Below, piece by piece: positions 45,201 through 59,214 of a stretch of 64,000 nt of DNA (the stretch's first letter is position 1; each line of letters opens with the position of its first letter). Made by a program: the position numbers and the translations under genes. The stretch lies in assembly GCA_012295275.1 (NCBI GenBank), contig CM022675.1:12028001-12092000 (forward strand), written 5' to 3'. This DNA is from Chrysomallon squamiferum. Taxonomy: Eukaryota > Animalia > Mollusca. Under the pieces are notes generated by a model, which saw nothing but the letters and a program-made list of their open reading frames with translations, made no database searches and had not been told where the DNA came from.

Positions 45201-48200
45201 AATAGGAAGTTATCCTTGCATGGAGTCATTCTATTATGATCACTATTCCTGTCTCTGTTACGATGTTTAAATGTTTATCTTTTTTAACAGAACATTGTAT
45301 TGTGTAATAAATACTGTAATTTGTCTAGTAAATTTGTCTATAAATTGGTAACTGTCACAAAATTGATTTATAACCAAATGGGTATACGTAACAAAAATTA
45401 CTTGTAACAAAGCATTGTTAATGAAAGGGTGGTGTTGAAATGTCTGGTAACAAAAGTGTTTTGTAACAAAATTGGCCCGTAACAAAATGTCCCATACTCA
45501 ATTTTCAGGGATCTGGCAGAGCTGCAGACATCTTGGCTTATGCTTATCAGAACTCAAAAGAAGAGGAAGTTGAAAAGTGTGACAAAGAAGGAAGAGTGCA
45601 GAAACAGTAAGTGTATCTTTTTAAAGTGTAGCTTTAGTTAGTTCAGACAAAAAAATGTAATTTGTATACACCCAGCTTATTGTGTTGTTTCTTTACTAGT
45701 TTCTTTGTTACGTTTTTTATTTTATTTTTATTTTTTGTAACAGCAACCAAACTTGGTTAATAATAAAATATATAATTAAGTAGGAATATTTTGAATGTGT
45801 GTCCGTGTGTGTGTGTTTTTGTTCAAACTCCAAACTTTGTTAATAATAAACTGTTGTAAATGACTTTCTAAAATTTTATTATTTATTACTGATTTTCTTG
45901 CTATTATTTTTATCATCATCGTTTATTTATTTTATATCAGTGCTGTTTTCTTTGTTGTTTTTATTTTTATTATTAATTTGTTTTTCACTGATATATTATT
46001 AGTCTTAGTTTTTTGTTGATTTCTTTCTTATTTTTTTTTATTTTTTTATTTTTTTTTAAATAATTTTACTAAGACAAAACAAGGACCTAAAAAAACTTAT
46101 CCAAAATTTAAATTTAATAAATTTCCAAAAATTACATTTCAGAACTCAGACTGTTATTGATGCTGCTCTGAAAGAACAGATTACAAACAGGGTGAAGACT
46201 GAATTCACTGACCGTAATCTCACTCAGATGGTGGGCTGGGTTCTTCGGTGTCTTCAGAACCGAGACCTCCTGACAGTGTTTGAACTGGACTCGCGAAACT
46301 CAGCCAGTGATGTAGACATGGCAATACTGAAAGCTCTTTTGAAAGGTGAATTGATTGTCTCAGCGTAAGACAAGAGTCTGTAGTAGTGATGTGTCGTCAT
46401 TTTCAGTTTGTCTGAATCAGTGTTTTACTTTGTGAGAGATGTCGTGTGATTTAAAATATATATAATTTGGAATGATTATGGCATGATATTAGGTAGTTAT
46501 CATATATTTTATTCTTTTCGATGTTCATATATATTTTATGATAGACCTGTGTCCTTTTTTTTCTTTTTTCTAAATTTATATTTATTTATTTTTATTTTAT
46601 TTTATTTATTTATTTATTTATTTTTTAATTTTTTATAATTTTTTAAAATATATTTTTAGTTATTATTTATTATTATTGCAATTCCAAGTATTAATATTTT
46701 TTTATTTTCATTTAACAATAATCTGTGTGTGTGTATGTGCATGTGTGTGTATGAGTATATATGTATCTATTAATGCTTTAAACATAATTTACAAAATGTT
46801 GTTTAATAAATCGTGTCTGATTTATTGCTCAGCTAACAAACATGAAGTAATGGATCAGCTTAAACTGGCGTTGGCCTGGAACAGAATTGACATAGCTAAG
46901 AGTGACATTTTCACAGATGAGCGACTCTGGCCGGTAAGATCTACATTAACAGTCCTTTTAATTAATTCTGATTAGCAGGCATCTTAATGTTATTGCCTTT
47001 ATATAAATACGAAATGAGATTTGTTGTTTGAAAATGTGGATGTAAAGTTTTAAAATGTCTGTGTGTGCGTGTGTGTGTTTATTCTAAAAACATCTTACCT
47101 TTTTGTCTGAAGTACAAAAGATTTGATGTTCTCTCTGTAAGTGTGAAGAATAATGTTACCCATCAATTGATATTTAATAATATGTTAAACTGAAGATGTC
47201 TGTGTTAGTATGAATTATAATTAATGTGTTATGTCTGCTTGTGATCAACTGAAGATATCTGCATTAGGAAGAATTAAAATAGTGCATTAAATAGCTGATT
47301 TCATTCTAAGATTTTACACTTCGGCTCATATTTCATATCTGTATTACTGACTGGTTACTGTGAATGTGTTTTGTTGTATTACTAACTGGTTACTGTGAAT
47401 GTGTTTTGTTGTATTACTCACTGGTTACTCTGAATGTGTTTTGTTGTATTACTGACTGGTTACTCTGAATGTGTTTTGTTGTATTACTAACTGGTTACTG
47501 TGAATGTGTTTTGTTGTATTACTAACTGGTTACTGTGAATGTGTTTTGTTGTATTACTAACTGGTTACTGTGAATGTGTTTTGTTGTATTACTAACTGGT
47601 TACTGTGAATGTGTTTTGTTGTATTACTAACTGGTTACTCTGAATGTGTTTTGTTGTATTACTGACTGGTTACTCTGAATGTGTTTTGTTGTATTACTGA
47701 CTGGTTACTCTGAATGTGTTTTGTTGTATTACTGACTGGTTACTCTGAATGTGTTTTGTTGTATTACTCACTGGTTACTCTGAATGTGTTTTGTTGTATT
47801 ACTCACTGGTTATTCTGAATGTGTTTTGTTGTATTACTCACTGGTTACTGTGAATGTGTTTTGTTGTATTACTGACTGGTTACTCTGAATGTGTTTTGTT
47901 GTATTACTCACTGGTTATTCTGAATGTGTTTTGTTGTATTACTCACTGGTTACTCTGAATGTGTTTTGTTGTATTACTAACTGGTTACTGTGAATGTGTT
48001 TTGTTGTATTACTGACTGGTTACTGTGAATGTGTTTTGTTGTATTACTGACTGGTTACTCTGAATGTGTTTTGTTGTATTACTAACTGGTTACTGTGAAT
48101 GTGTTTTGTTGAATTACTCACTGGTTACTCTGAATGTGTTTTGTTGTATTACTGACTGGTTACTCTGAATATGTTTTGTTGTATTACTAACTGGTTACTG

Positions 48201-51139
48201 TGTTTTGATGCTGATTTCAGGCTGGATCTCTTGATGATGTGATGCTGACTGCCATTCAGTTAAACCGATCTGATTTTGTCGATCTCTTTCTTGAGCAAGA
48301 TGTCAATATCAAGGACTTTCTGACTCCAAGGAGATTTTTCAGTCTTTACAACAGTGTAACAGTTTACTTCTTCTTATTATTTTTAAAATTTATTTACTCA
48401 GATCTTAATTTTTTTTATTAAACTAATAATATCATTTTCTAACTTAAAATAGAAAAAAAAAAATTACTTTGGATGTATGTTACAAACTTTAAGTAATAAG
48501 CTTTACTGGGTGCTATTAGTTATTATGTTATCTCTTTGTCTTAATGTAATTTTACATGTTATAACACTGTCTGTTTTTATTTCAGATAAATCAAAATTCT
48601 ATTCTTTATTCATTACTGTCCAAAATAAAAGCTCAAAAGGTAAGCAGTTCCTTAAAACAGATCAGAGTCCCCTATTTTCTTAGATACTAAGAATCACAGT
48701 GACCTTTTCTCAAAATATTTGAAGGTCATTTTGTAATTTTTAAGGGTCCTTCTTAGTCAGACGAGCAAACTTATACTAATATATAATTATATACATTTTA
48801 AATTGGTGAATTAAAAAATATTTGTGTTATGTATGTATGTTTATTTAAGTCAGTACATATCTGAGGTTAGTACCCAACTATTTCATTGTTAGGCTTATTT
48901 AATAAGCTTTTAATCATTTGCAGTATGTACCTAACAATTACAGGAAGTTTCCAGCTTTTTTATTGGTTTGGTAATAGAATTTGACTTATGTTATTTAATG
49001 GAGATTTGCTTATTAGTAAAAGTGAAAAAAAAAGTTGTATTAATAAATTAGAAAGATAAAAAAAACATTTAAAACAAATAAAAGTTAAAAATTAGATTTG
49101 TTTTACAATTTATAGCTAAGCAGTTGGTTAGTAAACTAGTTAAAAACATTTTAAACAATTAATAATAATAAAACATTTTAAACAACGTTAAAACAAATTT
49201 AAAAATTAATAATAACAACTTAATTAAAAGCATTATACATTTTTATTTTTACAGAGAAAATGAACAATCAAAGTTAGTTTTGGTTATATTTTCTTTGTGT
49301 CATTATAGAGTCATTTAAAAAATGTTTGTAGCAATAGCAATAATCACTTTTTACATGTATGTATATACTAATCCTACTTTTCTCATTACTAATTGTTGTA
49401 AGACTGTATGTATGTGATGCATTAAGACAGCCCAAAATTCCACACAAATCTGGTCATAAGAGATTTAATAATCATTACGTTTCAAAAGTTTATTTTATTT
49501 TAATTTTTGGAAAAGTTAAGTGGATATGATAGGTTTTAAAGTTGGCATAAAAATGGGATTTCACTGTTTGCATAACTTATGTGGATGTTTAAAAAAGACT
49601 AATATAGAATAAAAAATATTTTTATTTGTAGATACTTTATTAAGATGAGAAAGTTTATCAATAAATAAATGTTTTATATTTTTAAATGATTTTAATATTT
49701 TTGAATGCGTATTTTGGCAAATTACTTGTTTACATTTTCTCTGAAATATAAATGATAAAAAACATAATTATGAAATGTATATGTATTGTTTCTATATATT
49801 TATATAAAATGTTTTATTAACAGAACTTTTGTATAATTGTGTGTGTCTGTGTGTGTATATGTTGGTGTAACTGATTGTGCACATTAGCGTATACACACAG
49901 ATGTATGCACACAGATGTATCTTGCAAACTGTTATAATAACTGAATGTTGCATTTTGGAGTGACTTTATGCATTCACAAATGGGTTTCTTTAATCAACTG
50001 AAATAACAAACAAAATATTATATCTGGAAAAATAAAATAATAATTATTAACAAAACATTAAAATTTTCTTTTTTCCTTCTTTGGTTCACTCAGTAAATAA
50101 ATAATAAATGTCATTGTTTCCATTTCAGCACAGTTTACATTTTGCTGGAAGTTGCCAAAAACACACATACATGCAGACATACATTGAAAAAAAAATAAAA
50201 ATAAAAAAAAAATAAAAAATAGAGGCAAACATTTGTAAAGAATTGTTGTGGTGAGTTTACTGTAGATTAGAGGTATCCAATCACCAGTACATCCTGCATG
50301 TTAGTGTTTTGAATATAGTGTCAAAACTATAAGCCAGCTATGTTAAGCCAGTCATAGTTAACAGTGATATCTAAACTGTAATAATAATAATATTTCTCTA
50401 ATATTAGAAATTTCAGTAAAACTAACTTAATTAGAATCTATAATTTCTTTTCAGTTCATTGTCAATAACCATGTATAATGAGAAAATTTCTTCATCTTGT
50501 TTCTTTCGTCTATTTTTTCAAAATCCATTTAATCAAAAAACAAAACAAAAAATATGAAGTAATATAATTCTGTAAGAAATAACTGTCAGTGATTTATTTT
50601 AGGTTCAGATAAATAATAAGTACTTCTTTGTTCTGATTGTTAAGTTAAAATGAATCTAAGAATTAAATATGTTTTGACTATAATTATTTCATTTTCTTTT
50701 ATTTTAAATCTGTTAATTTATTTATTTTATAATCAGTAATCTTGTTAGGTTTCAGTGAAATATTTATTCAATCAAAGATTCATTTTAATTTATTTTAATT
50801 TTAATTTTATTATTCTTTTAAACATTAGAAATGTTTATACCATAATGAAATATATTTTACTTGAAAAATTTCTTGCCATATTTTGTTTAATATTTTCATT
50901 TTTATACTATTACTGAATTTAATTTTAAATTTTCAGTTCAACCATATTTAACTGAATTTATCCTTTGATTATAGAAATATTATCAATCTTGTTTTTTTAT
51001 TTTTTTTAAAATCAGAATCGTGCGAATTTCAATCTGGAGGACATTGGCTTGTTGATTCAGGATCTTCTGGGTGACTACTACCAGCCTTACTACCTGACTG
51101 ATAAAAAATACAAAGACCTCAACGTCAACGACATAAATG
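40107..51139 (+). CDS. TRPM2: TRPM2-like cation channel, N-terminal MHR1-4 part (13 exons, ~576 codons; continues into the gap)
   Basis: Exons 40107-40241, 40688-40758, 41367-41538, 42467-42647, 43211-43374, 44269-44452, 44681-44787, 45509-45606, 46143-46345, 46833-46933, 48221-48355, 48586-48639, 51016-51139 are in frame with GT-AG. TRPM motifs: WIRSNFKKREC, CQCG, TDAFGEI, PNLLISVTGGA, GAWIITGG, GVMKHVGEAVRDF, LDPNHSHFILID, EGGPGT, GSGRAAD, QLKLALAWNRIDIA. The TRPM2 call rests on ADPR-site motifs and the NUDT9-H-like exon after the gap. The 3' boundary of the last exon is uncertain. Confidence 0.9.
47341..48202 (+). repeat. 35-bp minisatellite, 24 full units plus a partial unit, in TRPM intron 10
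   Basis: Unit GTATTACT(A/G/C)ACTGGTTACT(G/C)TGAATGTGTTTTGTT with exact 35-bp period (47341, 47376, 47411 ... 48181). Confidence 0.98.
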
Positions 51140-51217
51140 GTAAAATAAATCGAGAAATAAATGGTAAAAAAGGTTTGTTGGGTGCAGCAAGAATAATGGG
51201 AAACACTGTAAACATTA

Positions 51218-51417
51218 NNNNNNNNNNNNNNNNNNNNNNNNNNNNNNNNNNNNNNNNNNNNNNNNNNNNNNNNNNNNNNNNNNNNNNNNNNNNNNNNNNN
51301 NNNNNNNNNNNNNNNNNNNNNNNNNNNNNNNNNNNNNNNNNNNNNNNNNNNNNNNNNNNNNNNNNNNNNNNNNNNNNNNNNNNNNNNNNNNNNNNNNNNN
51401 NNNNNNNNNNNNNNNNN
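51218..51417. other. Assembly gap (200 N) interrupting the TRPM gene
   Basis: Run of exactly 200 N, which looks like a fixed placeholder; the true size is unknown. Confidence 0.99.
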
Positions 51418-51588
51418 TCATTTATTTTGCTAATAAATTTCTTTAAATTGTTATTTATAATAATGTCTAAAATTATCTTATTATTATGACTTTAAATACA
51501 TACCTGAATGTTACTGTTTGAATGAAAATTACTGTACTTAATAAAATTGTGAATTGTTTTTAATTCATCCTAGCTTAAGACCTTTATT

Positions 51589-51619
<31 letters not shown>

Positions 51620-51829
51620 TGTTCAGAGAGAGAGAGAAGTATCTGCTTATTTTATTTTATTACAGAAATCAACCATTACTAAATTAAATTATATAAATCT
51701 TTGTTTTTATCATTTTTTGACTTAATTATTGTTATTATTATTATTATTATTTTTTTTTTTTTTGTATTCATTTTATTTCTTTATTTTAATTTTAACCTGT
51801 TTGTTAAAGTTTGTTATATGATGATGGTG

Positions 51830-51873
<44 letters not shown>

Positions 51874-52111
51874 CCTCTTTACAAGGTTATTGTTTGTTGT
51901 TATTTTATTTTTGATTTTTATTACTTTTTATATAATTACCTTTAAAGATAATATTTAAGCATCTTTGTGTCATAAATTAATGAAAATAAAATTTAGCTTT
52001 CAAGTGAAATATAATACAGACAGTAAAGTAAACAAATAATAGTAAGAAAGCGAGGAAAAAAAAATTACAAAAGCGTCTCTAAAGATTTTAATTTTATTTT
52101 ATATTAATTAG

Positions 52112-52232
52112 GCCAGAGATGATGTAGAAGCTGCATTGTGGCAGACAATGACATCAACAATCCATCTGCACATGGAGCTCACGAGGAAATTCCCTACGTC
52201 TCATAGCTGAGAAGCTTAATGCTCCATTTTAA
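52112..52232 (+). pseudogene. Terminal exon of a TRPM2-like gene (NUDT9-H C-terminus), frameshifted in this assembly
   Basis: After AG at 52110-52111, three successive frames read ARDDVEAALWQTMTSTIHL / HGAHEE / LRLIAEKLNAPF*. This aligns without gaps to the recalled NUDT9 C-terminus [38 protein letters not shown]. It is followed by a long AT-rich UTR-like stretch. Confidence 0.7.
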
Positions 52233-53831
52233 CTGCATTATTACAGTCTATATATACTAAACATTCTATTGCTGTTTTAGAGTTTTGAGGGGTTTTATTA
52301 ATTAAAAATCAAAACAACAACAAAAAACAAAACACAGAATTTTGTAATATATATAAAATTTAATTATTATGCAATTATACAAATATAATTTTACCAAAAA
52401 TGTGAATAATCAAACTTTTCCAAATTTATTTATACTGTAAATGTATGCATATATTTGCTAATTTTATGTTCTTTGTGGTTTATTAGTACATTTTAATTCA
52501 CAAACACAGATTTATGGAGTGAAAAAAACAAAATGTATTTATCTAGTAAGGTTTTGCTCAAATTTGTTTCACCTGTGATTTTTAAATTTTGCTCATTTAT
52601 TAATTTAATGAAGTTTTTAATATATCAGTGATTATTTTCATTTACATTTTGATAATTTTAATCATGTCAGTTCCTTAGATACACATCTTTAAATAATTGC
52701 AATAATGTTGTTTTTTTTCTTTAACAAATGTTTAAAAAATATGTTTTTCTTGGTTTCTGTTTTATTTTTAAAATGTTTGAAAAACCATCTGAATATAATT
52801 TTATCTTAAACCTTTTCTGGATGTAATTTTATTTTTCATTTTTCTGTGTATTTATTTTGATATATAATTTTATGTAAACTTATTTGTAGACTTTAAATTT
52901 ATTATTATTATTGTTGTTATTATCATTATTATTATTATTTATTATTTTTTTTTTATATGCAGTTTTATTTATAAAAGTTTCTGAAAGTAAATTATTTTTA
53001 AAATTTGCGACACATACAGAAAGCCTGTGTAAGAATTGATACAGCTGTCTTTCTGAACTGAGATTTCAAATTCTGTGTTTGATTTAACTTCTTGTGTACC
53101 TGAATTTTCTCTCATTTCTAACCATTTGTACAATTTCATATTTATTTATTATTAATCCGAGAAATTTAAATTTCTAAAATTTGCTTTTTGTTGTTGTTGT
53201 TTTCAGGGAATTTTATTATGACACAAATCTGTTTATAGCAATAATGGGATATTTAAAAATAAGAATATATAAAAATAAAATCTCTATTTTATGTACAAAT
53301 TAATATTTCTGATTATAAAAACAAGAATACATAAAAAATATCTATTTTATGTACAAATCAATATACTGTTATATGTAAATATGTGTACACAAGGTACTTG
53401 ATTATAATACATATCGTAATGATGTAAACATTATTAAAATAAGTAATAAGATGACATTACAGATTTTAATAACCTATTTAAAATCATAAAATACAAATGA
53501 ACTACATACATGCATATGATAAAAGTTTGTCATTTTTTTTGATGCTGTTGAACATTCCAAGTTTACTAGATGAGTATTCTGTTGTATGATTTTACATGTT
53601 AAACTTACTTAAGTAATTACATAATTAAAATGTCTTTATGTATTTTAAATCATTTTCATTTCATATAATATATAGTTATGTAGATAAATGTAAACTCTTT
53701 TTAGTTCTTTCTTCTGTATGTTCATTTAAAATTAATTTTTGTGGTTTATAAACTTTATTATTATTATTATCTCTTTTAATGTATGTTCAGGAATATAATA
53801 CATTTTGTAGTTAGATCTGAAGAACTTTCAG

Positions 53832-53886
<55 letters not shown>

Positions 53887-55749
53887 CATATACATATATA
53901 TATTACATATATATATATGTATGTAAAATTGTTTTCATTTTTTTTTATGTGATTCATGAACATATTGATGTATTCAAATTAAGCTCTTACTTGTTTTTTT
54001 TTTGTTTTGTTTTTGTTGGGGTTTTGTGGTTTTTTTTTTTTGAATTTTTATCTATGTAATTATATGAGGCGTAAGATAAACTTATACAGTACAATATATT
54101 TAATTGTTGTTTGTGACTGGCAGCATCTTGTTAATGTTGCTTATTTCTTCTGTTTTGTTAATAGTGGATTTTACAAAGTGTTTCATTGTTTCAGAACTCT
54201 GTATAGTATAACTGTGGTTTTTTTTAGTAAGAACCCAATACATTTGTTTATTTATTTAATATTTGTTGACTTTAGTATTTTAACAACAGAGTACACCTGG
54301 TGGAACAATATTATGTTACATTACCTGTGATATTTGTGTACCTGATTTAATTTCTTTTTGTGCTTTTAAACACTGTACTTAAGGGCATCTGTGATATATA
54401 TATATTTTTTTTTTTTATAAAATTACTTACATTTTTTAAACTTTAACAGGAAACATCGAATGAAATGCTCAAATCTATGATTTTATTAATTTACTGTATC
54501 TAATTATTGTTTTAAATCTGTTTGTTACTGATCTTTGTTAAAAAAAAAAAGATTTTTGCTCAAATGTTCAAGTGATACCTTGTCTTTGTGTGCAAGTTTT
54601 GAATTACTGATAAAAAATGGAAAGTAAATAAACTTGTAGGCAGTTTTATTCAAAATATTATTTGTGAGTTCTTAACTTGAAATTTTAGTATCAGAAAATA
54701 ATAATAATAATAACAGAAAAAGAAAAATGTATATATAATCTTACTTGATGCATATAATCTTTATTAAAGAAAATGTTTTTGTTTTTTTTAATTAATATTT
54801 TTCCTGTTTCCATTTGTTGTGATAAGGCATTTTATAAGCATAATATGGTTGATTGTTTTTAATGTTTGTTTTTAATTTCACCGAGTTTTGTTTTAACTAA
54901 TGTTTTCTTTAATTGACAATTGTGATAATGAACAAATATCTTTTATATTGTCGTGTAAAATGTTTAACATTTTCTTTTTAATGTGATTAAATATTACTGA
55001 ATCTCTGATTTTGACATAAGATAAATTACACACGGTGTGTTTTTTAAATTACTTTTTAATGTGGCTAAATACCTTTTTTTGAGAATAATTTTATTTTAGA
55101 TCAATCTCTATATTATTTAACACCTAATATCTTTTTTTATATTATATATTGTGCCTTTTTTAATATTTATTTCTAATGTCATTAAATATAATTTTCAAAA
55201 TAATTTTTATTTTGAATCACATTTGTTTGATCATGCAGATAAGTTTTATATCGTCTGCTGTCTTTTTTTTTTTTTTTAAATGTTTCTTTTTTAATGTGAC
55301 TAAATATTGTTTTAAATATATTTATCACCAAATATCATTTTATTATATATTAGATCTTTTTTAAATATTTCTTTTTAATATCACTAAATATTGTTTTAAG
55401 AAACATTTTATTTTAGATTACATATTACCTTTATATTTCTTTTAATGTTATTAAATATTGTTTTAAGTCTTATTTTAGCTAATCTGGACTGTGATATTTT
55501 TAACATCAATTAAATAACAAATGATACATTATAACTGATTGTTTTAATGTCATTAAATTTTGGAGTTAAAATGATTATGCATCTTCGTTCTAGTTCTTTT
55601 ATAAAATGTTCTAAAATAATCGTGACCTTACGTAATGTGGTGTCTGTACTGTTTTCGTCAAACGTTTCCATGTTAAATGAACCAGCTACGTATTTGTGTA
55701 GGCATATAATTATTATTATTATCCTTGCGTTTTATATCTATATGTACAG

Positions 55750-56595
55750 GTATGGTAGGATTTGTATGGTGTTGTATCTGGGTTTGTTTTGTTTATGACA
55801 CACCTGCCGAGTGTCCGAAAATTACCGATCTAGAACGGAGATATATAGAATCGTCCCTCAAAAGTAAAAGGTCATAGAGTTAAGGCAAGTTTTAAATTGC
55901 CTTTGATAATAATTCGGTTTATTCAGTAAGTAGTCTGGTATGATTACGTCTGCTTGTGAAGAGTAACGTCCCTTGTCAGTTTTAAGTGAATTATGGGCTC
56001 TTTTGCGCGGACAAGAATTCAGATATGACTAGTCCCAGAATGTGTTTGACGTGACTTAATGATGTTTTGTTTTTCTGGGTAATCTTGCAGCTGAAATCTA
56101 CCCTTGTTAGCAGAGATCTTGCGCCATATTTATTAATTTGCTAAAGATTAATTATTTGTTTTACTGATGTAAAAAGGTCATCAAAAAAATCCCATTTTCA
56201 GTTGTTATTGCTATTACATATGACTGGTACATTTGATGATATTGTTATTACTAATATTTCATTTATAAATTTATTACTCTTGTTGTTACTGATAATTTTA
56301 CGTAGATAACGACACCCATTTTGAAGCACTAATCTTTGGAACATTTGTATTAAATTGGAATATTGCTGTTGTTCTTAACTTCCAGGGAACTGCAGAAGAA
56401 TGGCAAGTGACCTTTTTCATTGCCGCTGGTGTATATGTCTTCGGTGCTACGTTTTACACCGTATTTGGCACCGCTGACATACAAGACTGGGCAGCAGTTA
56501 ATAAAGTAATGGAAGAAATTGACGCGGGCCCAGATACTTCTTTCGGAACTCATCCAATTAAGGAAGCCATACAAGAAGAGGAAGAGGATGCATAA
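55750..56595 (+). pseudogene. SLC17-B gene fragment (exon 6 with +1 frameshift, and exon 10 only)
   Basis: The exon 6 copy at 55750-55884 has an extra A, giving TAG at 55875-55877. Exons 1-5 are absent and exons 7-9 are deleted. The exon 10 copy at 56386-56595 encodes the identical peptide. Confidence 0.88.
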
Positions 56596-57580
56596 GACTT
56601 TTAAGAACCAATAAAGATTTTGAATCTTGTCTAACATCAGCACGAGGCACGTCCAAGATGGCGCCTATCTATATTCTTTTTTTCTTTTTTTTTTTCTTTG
56701 CAGATGTAACATCATCTCTCTTGTCTTCGTGTGTTTCTTTTTTTCGCAATCTCTTTGTCGACTTCCGCTCCATTTTTAGGATTTATTTCTTTCTAAATTT
56801 TTCTGGTTTATGTTTTATAAACTCTGCTGAAATAGTTTTAAAACAATATATAAAATAACCTTATGAATTTATAACGATATTAATATAACTAAAAACGATA
56901 TGTTTGTATCTAGTATATTTTATTAATGTCATTTTATGGTAGAATACAAGAATATATAAAACACAGTATTACTCTATTATAATAATTTTACAATGGAAAA
57001 AAAAAAATTATTTATTTATTTATATTTTTAACAAATATTTATTTATGTATTTTTTGAAGACAAAACTATTATTGTTATTTAATCTATGTTTTCTGAAGAA
57101 TGAAATAAATATTGTTTAAGCTGTCTGCGTTTGAATTATGTGTTTACCTTTGCCTTTCATAAGTAACAAATAATAACTATTTAGTCCGGATCAGTGACTG
57201 ACAGCCTGGGCGTAAGCGGCCCCAGGGGGCGTTTTTGATGCGAGGCTAAGCCTGAAGCTTTTCTAGCACATAATACGTTCATTATAATCCACAAATGAAA
57301 TAATGAATATCCATTAAACATTTAAAAAAAAAAAAAAAGGAATTCTACTTTTTTTGCATCTTTGTTGAAATTTGAGTAGTTATAACTTTATTCGTTAAAT
57401 TTTAAAGTAAATTTTAATAAACAGCATTTAAGTTTAATTCATTAATTCTAAAATTATTGTGAGTTTGGTGTTTTTAGATAAAATGATTTTGTCGAAATAT
57501 TAAACGACAGGTTTTTTGTTTTTTCCTTCTTTTATTCAGCTGTATAAGCAATAACTACTGTAATTATACTGTATTCTTCC

Positions 57581-57638
<58 letters not shown>

Positions 57639-59168
57639 ATCATCATCATTATCATCATTATAATCATAATTATTATTATTAAAAACATTAACAACAACAA
57701 ATCAAATGACAGAAAAAATAATACAGTAAATAAAAACTAAGGATGAGATTAAAAATAAAAGACAAAGTGGTTTTAAATATTAGGAGGAATCAAAAAAAAA
57801 ATTCCAAATCAAAAAAAAAAAAAAAAAAAATTAAAAAGAAAGAAAATAAATAAACAAGATTAATAAAATAATAATAAAAACATACCGAAAAATCTCATTT
57901 AAAATTTAAAAGCATACATTTCAAAATCCACGACGTAACTATTACACTACACAATATTACATTTTTAACCGTTTAGAACGATTTAAGGTTATATAAACTG
58001 TTGGTTTCGGAGCAAAATGCTAGCTATTTTGTTTCTGTGTATTGGTTTCCATGACAATCGTCTTCACCTCGGCAGGTGCTTCACCAATATCAAATTATCA
58101 CATAATTCTGAGTTTGTTATTTAAATAATTACTTTATGTCTTGTATTTAATTATGTATAATGCTAGATTGGACGAGGCTAAAATAAATAACCAAACAGAA
58201 CAATTCGAAATAGTTTTTTGTTGTCGAAAAAAATACGAAACTACCAAATGAGTCGTCTGTCATACTTTGCAACATGGCCACCAAAAGTTACCTGTGAACA
58301 TAAACAATGCCTATCATAATTAGAACTTAATACACAAACAGGTAAAACTTGGAAATGATAAAGATTGATGTATTATAAAATTTAACTTTCGTAATATAAA
58401 TCATCTTCGGCAGAGTTATGGAATAATGATAGATTTATGCAAGGATTTTGTCTTTTCTAAAATCTTAAGAAATGTGCCGGTGCTCGATCATTCAATCATT
58501 ATCACATAATTTTACAGTCATTATTCTTTATATTTAATTATTTATTGCACGCAGATTACAAATGATATTAATCAACGTTTGTTTGCGATATACACAACAC
58601 GTAACTACTATTTCAATAGGTATTTATTGTAAAATACGAAACCAGGAAACGATCGCCATGTTAACTTAGCAACAAAGGTAGCAGCAACAAGCACTTAGAT
58701 GCAAAGGTGAAACTATTGGGAATAGATCAAGGCAGGTGTTTTATAAAATAGAATAATGCTAAATTAATACAAGGATTCTGCAACTTCGGATTCGTTTACC
58801 GGGCTATGACTGATGAATGGCGTTAGCATCTACGAAGTTGCGGCCATGTTGCAAGTGTATTTATAATAATCCCTGTTGGTATAGCCTGGTATCGCAGTAT
58901 TTTATTACTAGGAAGAAATAAAAAATAAACGATACTACTAGTACTGTTTCTACTACCATGACTTTCACTGCTACTGACACTACTTTAATATCCAACGTTC
59001 CCAACTTAATCACGTCATGTCATATATTGATAAATAAATTCTGTTATGATATATTTTCTGAAATACTTAAGTTCACCATAGCTCAAGATTCAGTTAAAAG
59101 TATTCATAATATTCGCAAATATATAGGTACAAAAAGAAAGAAAGAAAAAAGTTTAATATCTGACATGG

Positions 59169-59214
<46 letters not shown>

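Noticed and set aside
47341-48202. CRISPR-like array of ~35-bp repeats
   Set aside because: Units are contiguous with no unique spacers, there are no cas genes, and the context is a eukaryotic intron; it is a minisatellite.
49255-50250. Possible TRPM micro-exons at 49255-49272 and 50223-50250
   Set aside because: Their phases do not fit between exon 12 and the 51016 exon (both phase 0), and one gives an immediate stop. Direct splicing is already in frame.
51049-51489. ORF reading through the N gap
   Set aside because: Artefact of N translation; only the part before the gap is supported as TRPM coding sequence.
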